Origin: Salpingoeca rosetta
Lineage: Eukaryota; Protista; Choanoflagellata
Assembly: GCA_033442325.1 (NCBI GenBank)
Contig: JAWQFM010000010.1
Coordinates: 1,664,293-1,728,292, forward strand
Reading direction: 5' to 3'
DNA length: 64,000 nucleotides
Each line of letters starts with the position of its first letter. The first letter of the stretch is position 1. Of this stretch, positions 1 through 16,900 are shown piece by piece. The notes beneath the pieces were generated by a model. That model saw nothing but the letters and a program-made list of their open reading frames with translations, was not told where the DNA came from and ran no database searches. A program made the translations under genes and the position numbers.

Positions 1-89
<89 letters not shown>

Positions 90-163
90 CACATGCAACG
101 GCATGTGATCGCGACACACACACACACACACACACACTCGCACGCACAACCATGCGTGTTGAC

Positions 164-1711
<1,548 letters not shown>

Positions 1712-2172
1712 GCCCGTCTGCCTGTGCTGTGTGGATGGATGGAAGGATGGATGGAAGTGGGGTGAAGCAGCAAGTTGTGTGCAGTGGCAATGCTGTGTCG
1801 TGGCAAAGTTGCTCCTGTCTTCTTCTTCTTCTTCCATTTCCGTTCCAGTTTTTTTTTTCGTTCGCACAAAGTGCGGCAGTGGCAGTCCTTGTGGTGTGCC
1901 TTCAACCTCGTCCCTTCCCTCCCTCCCCCCCCCCATACCTCCCTTCCCTCCGTTCTGTCGTTCCTTTCCCTCTCCCTGACTCCTGCGTGTGTGCGTTGGC
2001 GCTTACTTGTGGTTGGTCAACAGGCAGGCGGTTGTTGTTCAATTCAACAGACTGCAACACAAAGAGATTGGCAGAACACGGTGTGGTGGAGCTGTGTGTT
2101 TGCAGCATCGTGGCAGCAGTGTGCAGGGACTTGTGGTGGTGGGGATTGGCCGTGTCATGGCCTTGCGCGGCT

Positions 2173-6208
<4,036 letters not shown>

Positions 6209-6606
6209 GACCGCGCTGGATACAACGAACGATGTCGTGTCAAGGTGTTGCTGGCACCGGGGAACGCGCAGGAAGGTGAAGCGTCTGCACAGAGACAGAG
6301 AAGAAGGAAGGGGCTGCTCAGCTCAGGTCTGGCGTGTCGTCCGTTTGGTGGTTGCTTCGTTCTTGTTCTCTTTGTCGTTGTTGGTTGGTTGCTTGTCGGT
6401 TTTTTTGTGCAGAGTGAAGGGAAAATTGATAAGCATCATTGCAAACAATCGTCGGTTTCAGGCAAGGGAGGAGAAAGGAAGAAAGGCAGCAATCGATCGC
6501 TGTCATCATCATCAATCATCCATCCACCAGCCGCCACTGACCGACCCTTCTGTCTGTTGACCTCGCCTTTTGTGAGCGCACAACAACCATTGATCCTTCA
6601 TCGAGG

Positions 6607-7797
6607 ATGGCCTTGCCTGTGTCAAAGGCAGCCGGAAGCGCTGCGCGTCGCGCTTCAACGATTGCGCGTCACATGTCTGTTGTTCCCGATCTCCTTGCGG
6701 GTGGATGGGCAATGAAACGCATCCCAAAGGTACCATTGGAACAAATGTAAACAAAAAGGTTGAGGCTGTGTGCGGTTGTGGTGGTGGGTTCTGTGTGTGT
6801 ATGTGCGGTTGTGGTGGTGGGTTCTGTGTGTGTATGTGCGGTTGTGGTGGTGGGTTCTGTGTGTGTCTGTGTCTGTGTCTGTTTTTGTCTGTGTCTGTTT
6901 CTGTGTATGTTTCTGTTTGTATCTGTGTGCAGTGTGATCTGGAGTTGAGGAACATTGTCGTCACACCACGCACACCCCACACACTCCATCCTCATGCCTT
7001 TGACTTGCAAAGCTCACCTCCCACCATCATCGTGCTTCGCGACACTCCACTCACACGGCCAGGTCCCGGACGACCATGTGCTCCCCGAGCGGAGTCTCAA
7101 GGGGAAAACCTTGGTACGCTTGCACGCTGCCCTCAACTGTGCTGCTGCGCTTGACGTTGCTTGCTGCTTGTTGTGTCACATCACGGCAGTGGAGCAACCC
7201 ACTCTGCATCAACACAACTCTGCTCCTCCCCCTCCTCCTCCTCCTCCTCCTTCTCCATCTTCTCCTCCTTCTTCCCCGCTTTGAAGCACGTCCTCTCAGC
7301 CTCACATTGAAACGGCCCTTCTCGTTCCCATCAGTTTGTCACTGGAGCCAGTCGGGGTATTGGCTTGGCAATTGCCCTGCGTGCGGCCCAGGACGGCGCC
7401 AACGTGGTAATGTCATCGCTCCTGTGTTTTGCCGCTGTGCCACTGTGAAGGTGTGTGCGCAGGGCCGGATATGCTGTTCACAGTGATCTCGGGCACCATT
7501 CGCTCATACCTGCGCCTTTTGTGCCTGCCTGTGCTTGGTTGCGTACATGGTTTTTTTTGTTTGCTTCATGTTCTGCTTGCAGGCAATCGCTGCCAAGACA
7601 GTGGAGCCGCACCCTGCGCTTCCAGGCACTATTTACACCGCAGCAGAGGATATCGAGAAGGCGGGCGGGCAGGCGCTGCCAGTCCAATGTACGTGTTGCG
7701 TGCTGTCTGTGTGTGTGCTGTCTGTGTGTGTGTGTGTGTGCGAGGTGTGCTTTTATGTGCTTGTTTGTGAGTTTGTTTGTTTGTGTGTGTGTGTGTG

Positions 7798-7832
<35 letters not shown>

Positions 7833-10022
7833 GTGTGTGTTTTGGTACTCGTGGATCGTGCGCGTCAGCGAGGAGCCGCGTTGGTACTCATGACATGACA
7901 TGCTTCATACTGTGTGACACAGGCGACATTCGGTCTGAGGACAGCGTGCGCGCAGCTATTGACGCGACGGTGGACAAGTTTGGCGGTATCGACATTCTCG
8001 TCAACAACGCCAGCGCCATTAACACATCAGGTGGGCAGTCGATCATAATGTGTGTGTGTCTATGTGTGTCTGTGTGTCTGTGTACCTTTGTCTGTGATTG
8101 TTTATGTCTGTGTTTGACGCTTTCTCGCGACTATCTATGCCACGCACCGTGTCCACACCAATTGCATGTGTACACGCTTGGCCCACATGCACCGCAACTC
8201 ACACGCACGCACGCACACATACACTCACACACATACACTCACACGCACGTACGCACGCATGAACACACACACACTCACTCGCACACACGATGACAGACAC
8301 TGAATCTGTTGAGATGAAGCGGTATGATCTGATGCACACCATCAACGAGCGTGGCACATTCATGTGCACAAAGCTCTGTCTCCCACACCTCAAGAAGGTG
8401 CAGTACACTGGTGCACGCATGCAAGATTTAGGTGGCATAGCCATCCACACAGCTGTGCTGCCGTGTCTGTTTGCGTGCATCTGCGCGGGTGTGTGCGAAC
8501 GCCTGATCCACAATCCGCTCCCCCCCCCCCTAAATCTTTGTGTCATTTGTTTGTCTGCCTGGCCGATGGTGTTCACGTGAACATTCGCACGCGTGACTCA
8601 CTTGCTTCTCTTCCACCACGGGTTTTGGGTTTTGTTTGATTGCACGACAGAGCGACAATGCGCATGTGCTGACGCTGGCGCCTCCGCTCTTCAACCTGGA
8701 TGAGAAATGGTGCCACCACACCCGTGCATGCACCTGCACACTGCTCCCAAATGCTTTGCATCTTGTGATGGCAGCATTTGCATGATTGGACAAGCTCATA
8801 CTCCCATGCCATGGTGCAAGTGCCTGTTGTGCGCACGCATATCCCTCACATTACCAACCGTCACCACTCCGTCACAGGTTCCAGCACCACACCGCATACA
8901 CCACGTCCAAGTATGGTATGGCCATGTGTGTCCTCGGACACAGCGGTGAGTTTGCACCTGCTTGTGTGTGTATTGAGTGTGTATTGTGTGTGTGTGTGTG
9001 TGTATTGTGTGTATTGTGTGTGTGTGTGTGTTTATGTGGCGTCTTTGATTTCGCCAGCCATGATGCTGCGCTGTAGTACACTGCCCTGCTGTTTCTCACG
9101 TGTTGATTGATGATGACAACAGCGGAATTCCGGCCCTTTAACATCGGCGTCAACGCCCTTTGGCCACGGTAACACACGCGCCTGCCGCAGTCTGTGTGTG
9201 TGTGTGTGTGTGTGTGTCCGTGTGTGTCCGTGTGTGTGCGCGCGCTTTTGTTTGCTGCCACCAAATCGCGCGTGGCGCAACTATTGTGTGGGGGGCGGTG
9301 TCATACATGCACGCTTACACGCACACGCTCGTCACCTCTCCGGCCATATATGCAGGACGACGATTGCCACCGCTGCGCTGCAGAATGTGCTCGGTGGTGA
9401 TGCAATGATGAAGATGTAGGTCTCTGTGTCTATATGTGTATGTGTATGTGTCTGTGTCTGTGTGTGTGTGTGTCTGTGTGTGTGCGTGTGTGTGTGTGTG
9501 TGTAATGTCGTGGAGTATCGTGTAGTGTGAAACATGCCTTGAAAACTTTTTCTCTTCTCTGTGCACAAACGTTGTGTAGTCCGTCCCCCACCCACTCACC
9601 CACACCTTCCATCTTTCTGGTGTGATTCGCGGCCACCGCAACAGTGCGCGCAAGCCGGAGATTATGGCGGACGCAGCCCACTTTATCCTGACGCGTCGCA
9701 GCGACAAGTGCACGGGCAACTTCTTTGTTGACGACGAAGTGCTTGCATCCGAGGTAAGCTTGGCATTTGGTTTCTTGCTTGTTTGTGTGTTGTGTGTGTG
9801 TATGTGTTGTGTGTGTGTGTATGTGTGTGTTGTGTGTGAGGAGGGACAGGCGGGTGATTAGGGAAGTGCCATCATGTCTCACCACTTCCTGCACACCTTT
9901 GCACACACCACACGCACACATCGACTGCTGCTGCTGCTCTGTAGGGTGTGCGTGATCTCCAGAAGTACAAGGTGGATCCAACACTGCCCGACAGTGAACT
10001 CTGCCCAGACTTTTTCGTCTGA
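6607..10022 (+). CDS. HSDL2: HSDL2-like short-chain dehydrogenase/reductase, multi-exon, no SCP2 domain
   Basis: FVTGASRGIGLAIALRAAQDGANV, AIAAKTVEPHPALPGTIYTAAEDIEKAGGQALP, GGIDILVNNASAI, catalytic YTTSK, VNALWPR, RKPEIMADAA, GNFFVDDEVL, ends PDFFV* at 10022. The start at 6607 is inferred from an in-frame first exon (MALPVSKAAG...MKRIPK|GT). Confidence 0.9.
6769..6867. repeat. 33-bp tandem repeat x3 in HSDL2 intron 1
   Basis: Unit tgtgcggttgtggtggtgggttctgtgtgtgta occurs three times. Confidence 0.85.
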
Positions 10023-10921
10023 TGGAACCCACGTTGCATTGAGTGCAGGGTTTCTGCTTCTTTCAGTCATGATCTCTTCTGTTCTTCTTCTGTTGTTCTG
10101 TTGTTCTGTTGTTCTGTTGTTCTGTTCTTTCGCTCCTCTCTTCTCATCACAACAACAACAACAAACACACAAACAAAACAAAACAAACAAACAAACAAAC
10201 AAACACACAAACACAAGCAAACAAACAAGCAAACAAAACAAACAAAACGCCCGCCGTGACCGTGTATTCCACGTAGTTTCCCACAGCTTTGCTGGTGAAG
10301 ATTTCCGTGAATTCTGCAAGAAACGAAGAAAAATTAGCTCGCTCTCTGCGGCACTTACAGGCACTTCCACTGTCCTCCAACAGTCCCCACCATAATTTCA
10401 CCACACCAAACCTTCGGCATTTTGCAACCAGCGACGCCCTCCCCCCCCCCTCCACACACACACACACACCCTGCCAAGAGTTTCCGCCCCCTTCTTCCCA
10501 CCCCCTTACACAACGTGTGCCCTCTATTGTTTTGCATTGCCACTGTAATAGCAGCAGAGGAGCCACAGCGGTGGTGGCTTTCGTTTCGTTGGCACAGCAC
10601 TCACAGCAGCAGTCCATTTCGCTTCATTTCATTTTCCACCTCCCTTACTCCACTGGGACCACCACTACAAGCCCCACGGTACAAGACAACCAGACCCAGA
10701 GAACCTGGCTTGCGCTCTGCGTTTGTGTGCTGTTTGTACTTCCTTCTCATGCTCCCCTCAGAATCCCCTCCCCCTCCTTCTGTGCGTTTGTGTTTAGCGC
10801 CCTCCCTTCGTTCCTGCCTTCGCGCCTTTCACTCACGGACTCACGGTATCTCCCTCTCCACGACACTTGCACCGGTTTGCTCTCGTGCTTCAGGTCAACA
10901 AAGACAAACGCCTCGCCAGCA

Positions 10922-13900
10922 ATGCACACCAAAACGCACGCGCTACTGCGTCGGCGTCGCGGTGTGGTTGCCTCCGCGCCGTCCGCCTCAGCAGGCTCAA
11001 CAGACTGCCTGCGTTCACGAGCAACACCACGAGCTCTTCAGCAACAAGCGCAAGTGCAAGCACAAGCACGACGCTGCAGTCGCGGAGGCCTTGTGCCACC
11101 AGCAGCGGCCACGCAGCGGGCGGTCCCGCCACTGCGACGGGGCGGCTTCCTTTGCTTCGCGTTGCTGCTGCTGCACGCGTGCTTGCAGGCTTTGTCCAAC
11201 ACCGGAGTGCTGGCGCAGGCGACGCTGCAAGACTGCACATGCGCCACGCAGTGGACAACCGCAGGCTCGGGATGCTCTGAAACCATCCGGATTGCAGGCT
11301 GCGGGCTTGTCGAGCCGTGCGGCGGACCAACACCCTCCTTTCCCACCGGCTATCCCTACCCTCCGAACACCCACTTCTCCTCCTGGTGCAAGCTCGCGGC
11401 TTCCTGCGGCGCGTTTGGCTCATTTGACTACTGCGACCCGAGCGAAGGCGTCGATCTCTCAGGTCGCGGCATCGCAAGCGTCTCCAACTTTCGTTTCGGC
11501 CCAAACGTCACCGACATTGACCTCTCCAACAACCCCATCGACGACGCTTCGCTTTGCGACGCCCACTGGCCACCCTTTCTCGCCACCATTGACCTCAGCA
11601 ACACAAACCTGAAGAATCTCTCCTGCCTCGCTGCGCTCCCTGCCGGCGTGTCCATCGACATCTCCGGCAACCCCTTGGGCAACGAGCGGCTTTGCTCTGC
11701 GCGCTGGCCAGACACCTTGACCACCCTCACCATCCAAGACGCAAACATCACCGACGCCGACATCGCCGCCTGCTTTGTGCACACCGCCAAGTCGGCACTC
11801 CCCAATGCCACCGACAAGTTGGACCTGTCATACAACGGCATCACGCAGTTTGCGGACGGCGCTTTCCCGCAGGAGCTGCGTGATCTCTCTCTCGCACACA
11901 ACGCTCTCACAACCCTCAGCGGCCACAACTGGAAGCAAACAAGCATCACACACCTTCGGCTCAACGGCAACAAAATCTCATCCGTGGTCAACAACTCCTT
12001 CCCGGCGGGGCTTCGCAACCTGTACCTGAACGACAACGCCATCACCGCGCTGAGCTCTTCGCCCAACCTCTGGCCGCCCGGCCTCGCAGACCTCTTCCTC
12101 AGCGACAACAGCATCACGTCAATTGCCGGGCAGACATGGCCCGTCAACATCACCAGGCTGACCCTGTCCAACAACCTTCTCATGTCCATCGACAATCAGA
12201 CGTGGCCAACAAGGCTTCAGGCCCTCACCCTTTACAGCAACGCCATCACGTCCGTGCAGGCTCAAACATGGCCGCCAACAATCACCTTGCTGCGCTTGGA
12301 CGACAACAGGCTCACTTCCATCGCTGGTCAGACATGGCCGTCCGCCTTGCAGGAGCTACAGCTCTTCAGCAACAATATCGAAGCGCTTGAAGGACAGGTC
12401 TGGCCGGCGAACTTGGCATACTTGAATGTTGAAAACAACCGCATCGACCGCTTGCAGGGCCACGTCTTTCCTGACACGCTTCTGTACCTCTACGCCCGCC
12501 GCAACAACATCACCAGCGTCGTCAACAACACATGGCCGGCGCACGTGGAGCAGCTGTGGCTCGGGTACAACAACATCACCTTTATCGACACGTTGCCAGC
12601 AAGCGCAACCGACATTCGGCTCAACAACAACCGCATTTCCTCCGTCCACGGCCTCACCTGGCCAGCAAACCTCGACACCCTGTATCTGTCCTACAATCCA
12701 CTGTCGTCTGTGGACGGCCAAGTGTGGCCAACCACCCTCGCCCGTCTTGAGCTGGAACACACCCAGATCACCAGCATCAGCAACCAGGTGTTCCCAGACT
12801 CCCTCATCTACCTCTACGCGCAGCACAGCAACATCAACAGTATTTCCAACGTCACGTGGCCGTCTGCCATGGTGGATGCCTGGTTCAGCTTCAACAACAT
12901 CGCAACCGTCGATGCCTGGCCCGCCAGCGTGCAGAGGATCAGGCTGGATGGCAACCGCATCACAAGCATTGATGATGTGCTGTCAGCATGGCCCGCCGAC
13001 CTCTACTACCTTGACCTTGACTTCAACCAACTGCAGCACATCCACAGCCAGGCGTTCCCAGACTCGTTGCTGTACCTCTATGTCAGCAGCAACAACCTCA
13101 CCAGCGTCACCAACGTGACCTGGCCAGCGGCCATGCAGGAGATCGCCTTAAGCAACAACTCCCTCACGTCTACTGCTGTCAACAGTTTCCCTGCCACGGT
13201 GTCATCCCTACGACTCGACCGCAACCGCTTCCAGCAAGTCCCTGCCGCACCGTTACCTGCAGGCTTGACCGGCCTGACGCTTGCGTGGAACAGCATCACC
13301 TCCATCGCAAACCAGTCGTGGCCACCCACCCTCACCACGCTCGACCTCTCTCGCAACAACATCGCCAGCATCGACGGGCAGCAGTGGTCGTCCGCCATGT
13401 CACTGCTGATCCTCAGCCACAACGCCATCGCCAGCCTTGCGGGGCAGGCCTGGCCGCCCGCCTTGGAGCAGCTTGACCTCCAGGCCAACAACATCTCAGA
13501 TGTCTCCAACCCGACGTGGCCCGCAACGCTTTTCGGCCTTTTTCTGCAGCACAACCGCATCACCTCCCTTGACAATGTCGCCTTGCCTAGCAATGTTGAA
13601 AGCGTGAACCTCTTCAACAACAGCATCACCAGCATCCCAGCCAACGTGAGCTGGCCCCCTGCTGCAGAAAACATCTATCTGCAAGACAACGCAATCACCG
13701 CCATTGGCGAGCAGCATCACTGGCCACCGTCCCTCATGGATCTTTTCCTGCACAGAAACAGCATTCGCCAGGTCGACCACCTTGTGTGGCCTTCCACCCT
13801 GAGGCGCTTGAGCTTGGCAAACAACTCCATCGCCACCGTCACGACGCCCTGGCCAGAAGAGCTGACGCTGCTCTACCTTGCAGGGAACGTGCTCAGCACT

Positions 13901-16900
13901 TTTGACCATCATGTGTGGCCACAGTCACTGCGCTTCCTGACCCTGGACAACAACAACCTCACGTCAGTGCGCAACCAGACATGGCCGCCGACCCTTGAGT
14001 TTCTTTCGCTCACAAACAACACGCTGGGGTTTGACGGCATCTACAACCAGTCCTGGCCGCAAACCCTCACGCAGCTCTTCCTTGACGGTACAGGCATCGG
14101 CGACATCTCCACCCAGCGCTGGCCTTACACCCTGACCACGCTCCGGCTTGACCGCAACAACATTTCCAACCTGTCTGGCCAGCAGTGGCCGCGCTCGCTG
14201 TCTGAGCTGACGCTCTCCTTCAACGCCATTGCAGACATTTCCACCCAGGTGTGGCCAGACACGCTGACCGCGCTGCTCCTCGACAACAACCGCATCAGCA
14301 CTCTTGACGGGGTGTCCTGGCCACGCTCGTTGAAGCTGCTTCACCTGCACAATAACACCATCGCGCGGCTGGGCCCCCAGGTGTGGCCTTTGCGTCTGGA
14401 CCTCTTGCGGCTGGAGAACAACAACCTGACCCAGGTGTCGGTGCAGCAGTGGCCGCAGACGCTTCGGCGCCTGTCACTGGGCTACAACTCCATCCGCACG
14501 CTTCCAATCATGTCCTGGCCAGGTTCTCTCGAGTTGCTGGATCTCGCTGACAATGCATTGACCCGCCTGGGTCAACAGCTTTGGCCCAGCAGCCTGCGCA
14601 ACCTCCTGCTCGCCAACAACAGCCTCCCGACGATCGACGATCAAGTGTTCCCACCACAGCTCGAAACACTCTTCCTGCACAATAACCTTCTCACCAGCCT
14701 GCCCTCTGCTCCTGGGTTCTGGCCCGCGGACTTGCGCGTTCTGTCGCTGCCGCATAACTACATCACAAGCATTGACGGACAGCACTGGCCGATGAGACTG
14801 CAGAGTCTTCATCTGCAGAACAACTCCTTCGCCAGCATCGACGACCAGCAGTGGCCCCCACACCTGGAGGATTTGAGCCTGGAGCAGAACGGCATCACGT
14901 CCATTGCCAACCAGCAGTGGCCAGCCACCCTTCGCACCCTCTGGCTCCACAACAACCCACTCGGCAGCATCCAAGGACAGCAGTGGCCCGCAGGTCTGAA
15001 GCTGTTACACCTCCAGGCAACCGACATCGACGACATTGAGTCCCAGCAGTGGCCCGAGTCTCTTGAAGAGTTGCACCTGGGCGGCAATGCGATTTGCGAT
15101 ATTGCAACGCAGACTTGGCCATCCACACTTCGCATCCTGTCATTGAGCGACAACTGCATCAGCGACATTGAGAACCAGGCGTGGCCGCGCAACTTGGAGG
15201 AGCTCACGATCGACGGTAACCGCATTTCCACCATCCGCACACAGGTCTGGCCTGCGTCGCTGGAGACGCTGTCCCTTTCCGAGAACTTTATTCAAGACAT
15301 TGAGGGGCAAGTTTGGCCAGAGCGCCTGTTGCGGTTCTACTTTGCACAAAACCTCCTCACCAGCCTCGTTGGTCAGACATGGCCGGAGGGCTTGCTGCTG
15401 CTGGCGCTGTACGACAACGCCATTACGCAACTGGGCGTTCAACACTGGCCCGAGACGCTGGTTGATCTGAACCTCAACGCAAACGCGCTGACGACCGTTG
15501 ATGATCAAACGTGGCCCGCCAGCCTTCGCAAGCTTAGCCTGAACGACAACATGTTGCAGCGCTTCAACGCAGACACTTTGCCGCGTGCGCTAGAGAGGCT
15601 GGGGCTCGCAAACAACCGCATCACCAGCATCGACAGCACACGATGGCCAAACCAGCTGCGCATTCTCTCCTTGGAATCGAACCTGATCACGGACATATCC
15701 CAGCAAGAGTGGCCGTCTGCGCAACCCCTCACCCTTCGACTCAGCGACAACCGTATCACCAGCATCAGCAGCGTGACCTGGCCCCCCTTTCTAACTGGGC
15801 TCGGCCTTGACGGCAACGAGATTACGAGCATCAAGGGCCAAGCGTGGCCTTCGCAGCTGGTTGTGCTTTACTTGCACAACAACCTGATTGACAGCACCAG
15901 CAACCAGGCCTGGCCCGCCACCATACGGGTCCTTACCCTTGGAGGGAACCGCCTGACCACCGTGGCGAATCAGCGCTGGCCGATTGCGCTTGAACAGTTG
16001 CGATTGGACAACAACGCCATTTCCGTCATTGGTCGCCAGGCGTGGCCCCCAGGCTTGGTTGACTTGCGGCTCGGTCGCAACGCAATCACCTTCAATGACA
16101 CGGACAGCCGCGCTGCTTTTCGAAACGCCACTTCCCTGCTTGTGCTGGACTTGTCGTCGAACGACATCCAGAGCCTGGATGGCGTTGTGCTGCCACCCTC
16201 GCTGCAGCAACTTGCGCTCACGAATAACAGGCTTGGTAACCTCTCTCAGCACGTGCAGTGGCCCACGCAGCTCAGCCTCCTCATCCTGGACGCCAACCCG
16301 TGGGATGCGCTGATTCAAGGTCGAGCCAAGGCAAGGCTGCGTACCGGACAGGCTATCACCGCGCTCACCCACAACCTGCCGTGCAGCCTGGAGGAGCTCA
16401 GCATCAACCACGGTGCGCAGCCGTGGAACTGCACGCGCGAGGCCGTTCCCGCGGATGATTGTGATGACCTACGGCTGGCAGCTGGCGTCTGCACGGCTGA
16501 TGGCATTGACGGTGCATGCGTGATCAGAAACACCACCTCTGCCACGACATCTCCCACGATGAACGGCACGGGTGGTGCACAACAGCAGGAACAGTACATC
16601 TGGACGTGCCGGCTGACAGAGGACGGCGAAGCCATTTTGAAAGCCCAGGATGTGGTGCGGACCGACACCTCCCAGCAAGCTGAATCTCGAACCAACGCGT
16701 TTTACGGCGTGATCGCTGGCGTGTGTGGCGGAGCTGCCGTGCTGCTCTTCTGGCTGTTCCGAAAGCAAGCAACGAAGCTGTGGATGCTGCTGGTAATTAT
16801 CTCGCTGTTTGACATGTGCACGGACTGGGGGTTCTGGGGCATTGCCCTGACAGCGACCGGCTTCAAAGACAGCTACAACTGCGTGACGTCTGAGCCTGTC

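Noticed and set aside
10289-10921. N-terminal 211 aa of the 2501-aa ORF call
   Set aside because: It begins at a non-ATG codon and crosses low-complexity, UTR-like sequence. The first ATG is at 10922.
11497-16410. 66-bp periodicity as a possible CRISPR-like or satellite array
   Set aside because: The periodicity is at the protein level (LRR codons with synonymous variation); there are no identical direct repeats with spacers.
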